Source: Verrucomicrobiota bacterium
GTDB taxonomy: Bacteria > Verrucomicrobiota > Verrucomicrobiia > Palsa-1439
Direction of reading: 5' to 3'
Length of the DNA: 64,000 nucleotides
Assembly (NCBI GenBank): GCA_003152315.1
Contig: PLZV01000022.1
Location: 65,671 to 129,670 of the forward strand
Shown in pieces: positions 31,453-39,564 of this stretch (its first letter is position 1; each line of letters opens with the position of its first letter). Below the pieces are notes generated by a model, which was not told the DNA's origin, did no database searches, and saw only the letters and a program-made list of their open reading frames with translations. The position numbers and the translations under genes were made by a program.

Positions 31453-32342
31453 AAGTGACCGGCCACCAACGTACACTGTTTCCATGAGGTGATGGACGGG
31501 TCCAACAGCCGCATATCTTCCTTCGTATCGCCGCCGAAGTGGAAAAAATAGCCGTTCAAGAATGTCGTGTTGATACACGCGCGCTTTACCTCTTCGAAGG
31601 AATCGCCCCCCATCCACTGCACCAACTTGCGCCGGATCCTTGCGGGATAGCCTGATACCAGCGGCTGTTGCAACAGGAACGGATAAAACAGGAATCGCAG
31701 TTCCCACCAATTCATATTGAACCGATGATCCAGCCAATGATCGCAACCCGCCTTCAGCAGTTCGTAGGAAAACGGTCGCATCTCCGCCAACCAGGCCGGT
31801 CCGCGATCTTCATAAGCGTGGTAATTGTGCTCCAGCAATTTCTGATGATGTCGCGGCGAGAGTACCATCACACCGTTGCCCGCCACGCGGTCGAACGCGC
31901 GATCGAACCCATAATTCTCGTAGTACTGCGGTGGATCATAATTCACCACCGCGCCGTCACCCCAAAACTCGTACATGCGGCGTAAACACTCGCGGTAAAG
32001 ATGTGGCACCGGTTGCTCCCAGTAATCGGGTACGCCGATCTTTTCCAGCGGCACACCCTCGGCAATGTCCGGTGCCGCCGCCACGTTGATCACGATGTCG
32101 CTGTCCATCCACACCACCCGCTCATACTGCGCCGCGAAATCCTGGCTCAAGATCAAACACTTCTGCCATGACGGTGACCGCTTCCGCGCACGTTCCGATG
32201 TGTCAAGCGCGCCCTCGAGGCAAATCACATCGTAGCCATGCTTGTCCGCGTATTGTTTCCAATTCGTTTCACAGCAATCCCTCCACAGCTTTGTGTAATA
32301 GTCGCCGACAACGAGCGTCGCGATGGCTTTTGTGGGCTTCAT
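31449..32342 (-). CDS. Putative nucleotide-diphospho-sugar glycosyltransferase (GT-A, DxD), tandem paralog 3
   Basis: AIATLVVGDYYT, SPSWQK, VVWMDSDIVIN, YFFHFGG; start at MKPTK (ATGA overlap with SDR gene). Confidence 0.55.
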   Translation of the reverse strand: MKPTKAIATLVVGDYYTKLWRDCCETNWKQYADKHGYDVICLEGALDTSERARKRSPSWQKCLILSQDFAAQYERVVWMDSDIVINVAAAPDIAEGVPLEKIGVPDYWEQPVPHLYRECLRRMYEFWGDGAVVNYDPPQYYENYGFDRAFDRVAGNGVMVLSPRHHQKLLEHNYHAYEDRGPAWLAEMRPFSYELLKAGCDHWLDHRFNMNWWELRFLFYPFLLQQPLVSGYPARIRRKLVQWMGGDSFEEVKRACINTTFLNGYFFHFGGDTKEDMRLLDPSITSWKQCTLVAGHL

Positions 32343-33046
32343 GGTTTTTGCATGGGTCGAATGTCGATCTCGGTGACTTCGGCCGTGCGCGGCAGGCACA
32401 GTGTGTGGGCCACCACCGACGCGATGTCCTCCGGCTGGAGCAACCGCTCGGGTCGATACTCTTTGCCTTCCAACCGATAAATCGCTGCCTGCATCGGCGT
32501 GGCCGTCCGTCCGGGGAAGACGCTCAAGACACGGATGCCAGCGGGGTTCACTTCGTCTCGCAGGTTGTCCGCGAACGCCTTCAGCGCCGTCTTCGTCGCG
32601 GTGTACTGACAAACGCCCGCGGGCAATCTGCGGGCAACGCTGGAGTTGATAAAGACGATCTGGCCGTGGCGGACTCGCAGTGCGGGCAGGAGTTCCTGCG
32701 TAAGCAAGGAGGGCGCACGCGTGTTTATGCGATGCTGTAAATCAAAATCAGCCAGTGTGGCTGGATCGACCCGATCTTGAACGAATACGCCCGCGCTATG
32801 AATGAGAATGTCCACGCCTTCGAAATCTTTCCGCAGCCTGGCGGCGACTTCACGAATCTGCGGTTCATCACCCAAATCAATGGGGAACGTCGTCACGCGC
32901 GGAGCCGCGAGTTGCAGCGCTTTGGCGTTACGACCGAGGAGGCAGAGAGTCGCACCTTGGGTGCCGAGCGCCAGGGCGATGGCCTTGCCGATGCCGCTGC
33001 TGGCGCCGGTGATCACCGCAACTTGATTCGTGAACGCGCCGTGCAT
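32339..33046 (-). CDS. SDR-family short-chain dehydrogenase/reductase
   Basis: VAVITGASSGIGKA (TGxxxGxG), NSS, YTATKTALK (YxxxK). Confidence 0.85.
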   Translation of the reverse strand: MHGAFTNQVAVITGASSGIGKAIALALGTQGATLCLLGRNAKALQLAAPRVTTFPIDLGDEPQIREVAARLRKDFEGVDILIHSAGVFVQDRVDPATLADFDLQHRINTRAPSLLTQELLPALRVRHGQIVFINSSVARRLPAGVCQYTATKTALKAFADNLRDEVNPAGIRVLSVFPGRTATPMQAAIYRLEGKEYRPERLLQPEDIASVVAHTLCLPRTAEVTEIDIRPMQKP

Positions 33047-34332
33047 TACACGGTCTCCTTCAACAGGGTATGTTGAACAAGCGTATCCGCAGCTTTGCGG
33101 ATGAGCCCAAACTCGAGACCTGAACGCTCTGCGATTTGAAGGAGCGTATGCTTGCCATCGGAGAGGTTTAACACCCAGAGCATCGCCAACTCAAACTGGC
33201 GCGCATCCGCCTGCCCGCCGATGGTTTGATACAGGCCACGCTTGCCGAGTTGCGGTTCACATTTTGGGTTGAGGTTTACGTACGCTTGGTTGCCCTCAAG
33301 CACCGCCAACGCCGCGAGGCATTTTGTGAAGGAGTCAGCCAGGCTGGCTGGCTTTACGAAATCGAGATTGTCCGCGGACGTGTGATACTCGGGGTAGCAA
33401 CCGTTCGGCGTGCGCATGAAACAACCGACCGGCAGGTTGAAACCGGGCGAGCAGTATTGGCGCTCGTCGAAACCATACGGCGTGAATTCGAGGATTTCAT
33501 GGTCCTGGCCGGAATGCTTCAACACGTGGGCCACGGCTCGATCAATCTCGGCGTCACCGCGCCGGCTCTTCTTATAAGTCAACCGGCCCGCGTCACCGAC
33601 GCAGGTGATCACCAACCCATGCTGGATGTTCGCGACGTTCGCCTCGTTGCGTGCGAGCCAGGTGATCGAGCCGATGGTGCCGGGGATAAACAAGAAACGA
33701 TAGGAATAGCGCGATTTGGATTCACCCAGGCGTTGCGCCAGAAATGTCGCGAGCGCAATGCCCGAAAGATTGTCGTTGGCCAACGATGGGTGGCAGGCGT
33801 GACAGGAGATAAGAACCTCGTCAGAACTCTGTCCGCGCAGGAGAAATTCGCCGTACGTGAGATGGCCATCTTGCAGCGTTGAGTCGATGCAGACTTCATA
33901 GACGTCGTCGGGGAGCGCGAGGAGCTGGCGGTGGCTCAAGCAGAACCCCCAGCGCTCTGCGTAGTAGGACGTGCGATACGGGATCCAATCCGGGTGCTCG
34001 GGAAGTGAGAACAGATGCGATCTCAATTCGGCGAGTGATAACTTCGTCCGGATCGGCGTGCTGTAGTTGAGGACGTGGAGGTTTGACTCCTGGAAGTCAA
34101 CGATGCGTTCGCCCCGGGTATTCTTGATGTAGGCGTCGCGAATATTCCATTCCTTGGGCACGATCCAGTCAAATACCGGCGTACCGGTCGGCACCTCAAC
34201 GACTTCGAGCGGGATATACCGGTGAATCGCTTGCAGCGTTTCCCGAAAGCCATTGCCTGTGATGCTGCGGCAAATCGGGTACAATTCGGCAATCAGCCGG
34301 TGCATCTCGTGGCCGATGTTGTCGGTCATCAT
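33046..34332 (-). CDS. Aminopeptidase-like (M28/DUF4910, COG4310) domain protein of polysaccharide loci
   Basis: HACHPSLANDNLSGIA block typical of M28-like metal-binding region; family commonly found in LPS clusters; function unknown. Confidence 0.55.
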   Translation of the reverse strand: MMTDNIGHEMHRLIAELYPICRSITGNGFRETLQAIHRYIPLEVVEVPTGTPVFDWIVPKEWNIRDAYIKNTRGERIVDFQESNLHVLNYSTPIRTKLSLAELRSHLFSLPEHPDWIPYRTSYYAERWGFCLSHRQLLALPDDVYEVCIDSTLQDGHLTYGEFLLRGQSSDEVLISCHACHPSLANDNLSGIALATFLAQRLGESKSRYSYRFLFIPGTIGSITWLARNEANVANIQHGLVITCVGDAGRLTYKKSRRGDAEIDRAVAHVLKHSGQDHEILEFTPYGFDERQYCSPGFNLPVGCFMRTPNGCYPEYHTSADNLDFVKPASLADSFTKCLAALAVLEGNQAYVNLNPKCEPQLGKRGLYQTIGGQADARQFELAMLWVLNLSDGKHTLLQIAERSGLEFGLIRKAADTLVQHTLLKETV

Positions 34333-34859
34333 GGTTTGAAATCGGGGTAGTTGCGGTCGCGGTCGGCAATCACCTTCACGTCACCGGGCCACTGGATGCC
34401 GAAAGCCGGGTCATTCCAGCGGACGCCCGCGCCGTGCTGGGGTGCGTAGTACACGGACATTTGGTAGGCGACCTCGGTGTTCGCTGTCAGTGTCAAGTAT
34501 CCATGCGCACAGCCCGGCGGAATCACGAGCATCTCCCGGTTTTCCGCGGTGAGAGGCGCGCCGACCCACTGCCGGAACGTGGGGGAGTCGCGTCGCAGGT
34601 CCACGGCCACATCGAAGATGGCGCCCATCGTGCAGCGCACGACCTTGGTCTCCTCATGCGGCGGAAGTTGATGGTGCATGCCGCGCAGCGTGCCCGGGTG
34701 CGGGTTGAAGGAGAGATTACATTGCACGAGGCGTGAATCGATTCCGTGCTTCGCGAACTCCGTCTGGCACCACAGGCGGCCGAAGAAGCCGCGTTCGTCG
34801 GCTATCCGCTCGAGTTCCAGTAGGCACACGCCTTGAATTCTGGTTTTTTTGAAGATCAT
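34329..34859 (-). CDS. NDP-4-keto-6-deoxyhexose 3,5-epimerase (RmlC-like cupin)
   Basis: GMHHQ..., KVVRCTMGAIFDVAVDLRRDSPTF, PPGCAHGY, WNDPAFGIQWP; start at internal Met MIFKKT. Confidence 0.8.
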   Translation of the reverse strand: MIFKKTRIQGVCLLELERIADERGFFGRLWCQTEFAKHGIDSRLVQCNLSFNPHPGTLRGMHHQLPPHEETKVVRCTMGAIFDVAVDLRRDSPTFRQWVGAPLTAENREMLVIPPGCAHGYLTLTANTEVAYQMSVYYAPQHGAGVRWNDPAFGIQWPGDVKVIADRDRNYPDFKP

Positions 34860-34890
34860 TGTGATAACAGTCGCGTTGCCGCCGGGCTCG

Positions 34891-35553
34891 TCAAAGTAAC
34901 AGCATTTTCTGGCAGTAGAAAGCCTCAGCGTATTTACCGGGCGCATTCGATTCAATGCCGCGGAGCCGCAGCAGGGCCAGGAACGTGTCCTCGCTGAACC
35001 ACTGTTTGGACTTTTGGGTCTTGAACTGCTCGCAAATGTGGCGGACCTTGCGTTTCGCCATCTCTTTGCTGAGATGGACGTAGGCATTGGGGGCGCCCAT
35101 GTCGCCGTCGTATTTCGGAATTTCGTACTCGAGAATCAGGTGGTTACGAAAAGCATTCCACGTTAACTCGGCCAACAGACGATGATCCTGATGCAGATCT
35201 TTGCGGTGGTGGGTGAAGATCAGGTCCGGCGCGACCTCGTGACTCAACTGTTGGACGAACTTCTTGATCCGCTCGCCCATGAACGGGAAGTAACTGTCCC
35301 GAAAACGCTTGACCACGATCCTCTTTGCAACAGCGCTCCGAAGGAAAACCTGTGCGCTGCCTTTGGCCTCGCGGGCGCGCAAGGGCGTAGCGCTGAAGAC
35401 GACCCAATGGATGGTAACGTTGGGATTCTGTTCGGTGAGTTTCAAGAGCGTGCCGCCGCAGCCGATCTCAATGTCGTCGGCGTGCGCGCCCAAGCACAGC
35501 ACGGTTCGTGGAGCGCGGGGTCGACTGTCGAGGTTGAGGGTGATCATGGGCAA
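34891..35553 (-). CDS. PIG-L/LmbE-family N-acetyl-sugar deacetylase
   Basis: LCLGAHADDIEIGCGGT signature, HHRKDLHQDH metal-binding region. Confidence 0.8.
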   Translation of the reverse strand: MPMITLNLDSRPRAPRTVLCLGAHADDIEIGCGGTLLKLTEQNPNVTIHWVVFSATPLRAREAKGSAQVFLRSAVAKRIVVKRFRDSYFPFMGERIKKFVQQLSHEVAPDLIFTHHRKDLHQDHRLLAELTWNAFRNHLILEYEIPKYDGDMGAPNAYVHLSKEMAKRKVRHICEQFKTQKSKQWFSEDTFLALLRLRGIESNAPGKYAEAFYCQKMLLL

Positions 35554-35571
35554 ACGTGATGAACGTGACCT

Positions 35572-36369
35572 TCAGGCAACGGCAGCCGGCGGTGGCTGCT
35601 TCCAGACTTCCCACGGGGCCTCACCGCGGGCGTGCATGTCTTCGAGTTGTTGTTTGTCTTTGAACGTATCCATGCCCGCCCAGAAGCCATCGTAGGTGAA
35701 GGCGCTGAGTTGGTTGTCGTCAGTAAGCCGCTGGAGCGGGCCGGGGACGAGTTCCTCCCCATTCTTAATGTAGTCGAAAATCCCCTGACGGAAAACGTAG
35801 AACCCGCCGTTAATGCGAATATTGGAGCCTCGAATGTCGCTGATCTCGGTCACCCTGCCATGATCACTCATGGTGACGAAGTGATAGGTGAGGTTCGGTT
35901 TGACGCAGAGGAATGTGGCGATCCGACTCTCTTGCTGGGCGAAGTTGATGAGATCGGACAGGGGTACGTCGGTCAGCCCATCACTGTAGTTGGCCAGAAA
36001 CATCTCTTCGCCCTCGAGGTGGTGTCGGACGAGCTTGAGTCGCTGGCCAACGGTGCAATACATGCCGGTGTCGACGAACGTGATCCGCCAGTCCTTCATG
36101 TCGTGGTTGAGCAACTGGATGTCGTGACCGCCGTTGGTCATGACGAAGTCGTTCAGAATGCACTCGTTATAGGTGAGGAAATACTGTTTGATCACATCGG
36201 CCTTATAGCCAAGACAGAGAATGAAGTCCTTGTGTCCGAAATGAGCGTAGTACTTCATGACATGCCACAAGATCGGCATGTAGCCAATTCTTACGAGCGG
36301 CTTGGGGAGGCTTTCCTCGGTTTCCTTCAAGCGCATCCCGAGACCGCCGCAGAACAAGACGACCTTCAT
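35572..36369 (-). CDS. Sugar-1-phosphate cytidylyltransferase, RfbF-like divergent paralog
   Basis: MKVVLFCGGLGMRL...LPKPLVRIGYMPILWHVMKYY, collinear with RfbF but diverged. Confidence 0.7.
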   Translation of the reverse strand: MKVVLFCGGLGMRLKETEESLPKPLVRIGYMPILWHVMKYYAHFGHKDFILCLGYKADVIKQYFLTYNECILNDFVMTNGGHDIQLLNHDMKDWRITFVDTGMYCTVGQRLKLVRHHLEGEEMFLANYSDGLTDVPLSDLINFAQQESRIATFLCVKPNLTYHFVTMSDHGRVTEISDIRGSNIRINGGFYVFRQGIFDYIKNGEELVPGPLQRLTDDNQLSAFTYDGFWAGMDTFKDKQQLEDMHARGEAPWEVWKQPPPAAVA

Positions 36370-36402
36370 GGTTTCATTCCTTTCACATTGTGCGTGTGTT
36401 CA

Positions 36403-37680
36403 TCACGGGTTGCCGGAAGTGCCCCGTGACGGATAGATCCTGACCTCGGGTATCGGCACCACAAATTCTCCACCCCATTCGCGGATAAACGCCATCTGTT
36501 GCATGATTTCATCTTTGATGTTCCAAGGCAAGATGATGACGTAATCGGGCTTTGTCTCCCGAATCTTGTCCGGATGATGGATCGGGATGTGCGTGCCCGG
36601 CAGAAACAACTTCTGCTTGTGCGGGCTGCGGTCAACAGTGTAGTCGATGAAGTCCGTGCGCACGCCGCAATAATTCAGCAGCGTGTTGCCCTTCGCCGGA
36701 GCGCCGTAACCGACAATCGTCTTGCCGCTGCGCTTCGCGGCAATCAGGAATTCCAATAGCTTGCGCTTGGTCTCTTTGACGCGCTCCGTAAAGGAAAGGT
36801 AGGTATTCAGCTGATCGTAACCGGCCCGCAACTCACGCTGGCGCAAGTCCTCGACGCGAGGTGTGCGGGGCCGTGACTCATCGCTAGTAAGCCGCGCGTA
36901 GATTCGCAGCGAGCCGCCGTGCGTGGGAAGTTCTTCGACATCGAACACCGTGAGTCCATGGGTGCCGAAGATCTTCTCGACCACGAGCAGGGACAGGTAT
37001 TGGTAGTGCTCATGGTACATCGTGTCGAATTGATTGTCCGCGATCAACCGTAACAGGTGCGGAAACTCCATCGTCAGGACACCCTTCGGCTTGAGCAACA
37101 GGCGCAGGCCTTCAACGAAGTCATTGATGTCCGGCACGTGCGCAAGCACATTGTTGCCGATCAGCAGATCGGCTTGACGGCCGCCTCGCGCCAGGTCCCG
37201 CGCGGTTTCTTCACCGAGAAATTTTACGACGGTCGGGATACCCTTCTGCGTCGCGGCGGCGGCGGTGTTGGCTGTAGGCTCGATACCCAAGACGGGAATT
37301 CCTTTCGCAACGAAGTACTGGAGCAGGTAGCCATCATTGCAAGCGACTTCGATAACGTGGTGTTGCGGACCGAGTTGGAGCCGCCCGGTGATCATCTCGA
37401 CATACGCTTTCGCGTGCGCCAACCAGCTATCGGAGAACGAGGAGAAATACGCGTAGCTGTCACTGAAGATATGCCGGGCGCTGATACAATCGGCAACCTG
37501 CACCAGAAGACAGCGGTCGCAGACCTTCACGTGGAGCGGGTAGAATGGCTCCATCTCGCTGAGCTGCGACACATTCCGATAATCATTCGCAATTGGTGAA
37601 GCGCCGAGGTCGAGGAAGGTATGCTCCAGGTCCGCGCCGCAGAATCGACACTGGCCGGGTTTGGTCATGCGGGTCTCCAA
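36403..37680 (-). CDS. NDP-hexose C-methyltransferase-family protein (TylCIII/EryBIII-type; Zn-ribbon + SAM MTase + C-terminal C-MT domain)
   Basis: N-terminal CRFCG...C..C zinc ribbon, VIEVACNDGYLL motif I, C-terminal GYGAPAKGNTLLNYCG nucleotide-sugar binding-like domain. Confidence 0.75.
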   Translation of the reverse strand: METRMTKPGQCRFCGADLEHTFLDLGASPIANDYRNVSQLSEMEPFYPLHVKVCDRCLLVQVADCISARHIFSDSYAYFSSFSDSWLAHAKAYVEMITGRLQLGPQHHVIEVACNDGYLLQYFVAKGIPVLGIEPTANTAAAATQKGIPTVVKFLGEETARDLARGGRQADLLIGNNVLAHVPDINDFVEGLRLLLKPKGVLTMEFPHLLRLIADNQFDTMYHEHYQYLSLLVVEKIFGTHGLTVFDVEELPTHGGSLRIYARLTSDESRPRTPRVEDLRQRELRAGYDQLNTYLSFTERVKETKRKLLEFLIAAKRSGKTIVGYGAPAKGNTLLNYCGVRTDFIDYTVDRSPHKQKLFLPGTHIPIHHPDKIRETKPDYVIILPWNIKDEIMQQMAFIREWGGEFVVPIPEVRIYPSRGTSGNP

Positions 37681-38693
37681 TGAAGGTTTTTATCAATCTG
37701 TGCCGTGCGCAGCAGATGCTCGAGTTGTTTCAGTCGCGTAAACGCGCGAAACTCAAATATCTCTCGTGTCATCTGGATCTTCTCAAACACTCCGTGGAGT
37801 TCCTGCGCGCCCGTGCGCGCGTCGCGCTGGCAGCGGAAACCGGGGAGCCGCGAGTTGATCTTGTCGAAATTAACCCGGTAGCTTCGATTGTCGGCGGCAT
37901 TCGCGCCGAAGCTGAGTCGGCAACCAGGGAACACGTCGGCTACGATCTCCGCGATCTCACGAACACGGTAGTTCTGGCCGTTGTCGCCGACATTGAACAC
38001 TTGATTGTGCACGATCTCGCGAGGCGCATTGAGGGCGCAAGCCACGGCGTCGCAAATATCCAGCACATGCACCAGCGGTCGCCATGGCGTGCCATCGCTG
38101 ATCATCTTGATTTCCTTCGTCGTCCACGCGAGGCCCGCCAGATTGTTCAGCACGATGTCGAACCGCATCCGCGGCGACGCGCCGAAGGCGGTCGCGTTGC
38201 GCAGGAACGTCGGCGAGAAGTTGTTGTCCGCAAGCGCCGAAACGTCACGTTCGACGAACACCTTACATTCAGCATAGGCGGTTTGCGGATTTGTGGGGGA
38301 TGTTTCCGTGACATTCTCGCTGGAGGCAACACCGTAGACACTGCATGAGGACGTATACACGAAGCGTGCGATCCCAACCTCCTTGCATTTTGTGGCCAAC
38401 GCGACACTGCCGCGATGATTGATCTGGAAGGTGAGTTCGGGATTGTGTTGCCCGAGCGGGTCGTTGGATAGTTCTGCGAGGTGGACCACCGCGTCGTAAC
38501 CGCGCAGGTCCTTGTGCGTGATATCGCGAATGTCCTGCTTGATTTGCCGCGCCGGGGGTAACACGCCGTTGTAGAGCAAACCATCACGGTAGAAGCCGGC
38601 ATCCAGTCCGGTGACGTGATGGCCGCGTTTCGCAAGCACATCGGCGAGCAATACGCCGATGTATCCGTCAGTTCCTGTGACTAGTAACTTCAT
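37665..38693 (-). CDS. NAD-dependent epimerase/dehydratase-family protein (likely NDP-sugar epimerase/4-ketoreductase)
   Basis: LLVTGTDGYIG Rossmann, SSCSVYG (Ser, no TDE dehydratase triad), YAECK YxxxK. Confidence 0.8.
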   Translation of the reverse strand: MKLLVTGTDGYIGVLLADVLAKRGHHVTGLDAGFYRDGLLYNGVLPPARQIKQDIRDITHKDLRGYDAVVHLAELSNDPLGQHNPELTFQINHRGSVALATKCKEVGIARFVYTSSCSVYGVASSENVTETSPTNPQTAYAECKVFVERDVSALADNNFSPTFLRNATAFGASPRMRFDIVLNNLAGLAWTTKEIKMISDGTPWRPLVHVLDICDAVACALNAPREIVHNQVFNVGDNGQNYRVREIAEIVADVFPGCRLSFGANAADNRSYRVNFDKINSRLPGFRCQRDARTGAQELHGVFEKIQMTREIFEFRAFTRLKQLEHLLRTAQIDKNLHWRPA

Positions 38694-38723
38694 GTTTCCT
38701 CGTTGCCGGAGTTCTATCCATTA

Positions 38724-39497
38724 TCATTTCCAGATCTTCCAGGGGACGTGGCCTGAGTTCCACAACTCCTCGAGGAGGTTCTTCTCCTTCAGCGTGTCCA
38801 TGCACGACCAGAAGCCAGTGTGCCGGTAGCCCATGAGTTGGCCGGCGTGCGCGAGACGCTCGACCGGTCCGCGCTCCCAGGAACAATCATCGCCGTCGAT
38901 GTAGTCGAGACATTTGCGATGCAAGACGAAATAGCCGCCGTTGATCCAGCCCTCCCGGGCCCCGGATTTCTCATAAAATTCGCGGACCTGGTTACCGTCG
39001 AAACCGATGCGGCCAAAGCGGGCTGGGGAGTGAACGGTGGTAACCGTCGCCAGTTTGCCATGCGCCTGATGGAATTTGATCAGCGACGTGATATCGATGT
39101 CGGCCACACCGTCGCCGTAGGTGAACATGAATGTCTCATCGTCGTCGATCCAATGGGCCAGCCGCTTGAGCCGCCCGCCGGTATTAGGATTGAGGCCGGT
39201 GTCTACAAGGTGGATCTTCCACTTCGGCTGGTTGCCCTTGTGGATACTCACCTTGCCGGTTGCGAGGTCAATGGTCACATCGTTGTTGAACGTATGGAAG
39301 TTCAGAAAGTAATCCTTGATGACCTCGCCGCGGTACCCGAGGGCAATGATGAACTCAGTGACATTATGGGCTGCGAAGATGTTCATGATGTGCCAGAGAA
39401 TCGGGCGTCCGCCGATCTCGACCATCGGCTTGGGTCGCAGGACGGTTTCCTCTGAGAGGCGGGAGCCGAATCCACCAGCGAGGATGATTGCTTTCAT
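38724..39497 (-). CDS. rfbF: Glucose-1-phosphate cytidylyltransferase
   Basis: MKAIILAGGFGSRLSEET..PKPMVEIGG.PILWHIM, near-collinear with Salmonella RfbF including C-terminal GHVPWKIW. Confidence 0.88.
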   Translation of the reverse strand: MKAIILAGGFGSRLSEETVLRPKPMVEIGGRPILWHIMNIFAAHNVTEFIIALGYRGEVIKDYFLNFHTFNNDVTIDLATGKVSIHKGNQPKWKIHLVDTGLNPNTGGRLKRLAHWIDDDETFMFTYGDGVADIDITSLIKFHQAHGKLATVTTVHSPARFGRIGFDGNQVREFYEKSGAREGWINGGYFVLHRKCLDYIDGDDCSWERGPVERLAHAGQLMGYRHTGFWSCMDTLKEKNLLEELWNSGHVPWKIWK

Positions 39498-39564
39498 GTT
39501 GTTACCTCAATACTTCGGCGCGTTCTTTTATAAGTGCTGTTTCCGATGGCGGACCTTCATCAAA

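Noticed and set aside
29641-32342. Considered a firm GT8 (LgtC-like) family assignment for the tandem triplet
   Set aside because: DxD and N-terminal blocks fit, but the C-terminal H-x-x-G-x-x-KPW GT8 motif is only partially matched (FLHFGG); left as GT-A DxD glycosyltransferase, family unassigned.
35632-36429. 265-aa plus-strand ORF antisense to the RfbF-like gene
   Set aside because: Same-region minus-strand gene has clear nucleotidyltransferase motifs; plus-strand product is low-complexity.
37665-38693. Considered calling this CDP-glucose 4,6-dehydratase (rfbG) because it sits in an rfbF-containing module
   Set aside because: Lacks the GHTGFKGSWL start and the Thr-Asp-Glu catalytic triad of 4,6-dehydratases (has SSCSVYG), so called generic epimerase/reductase.
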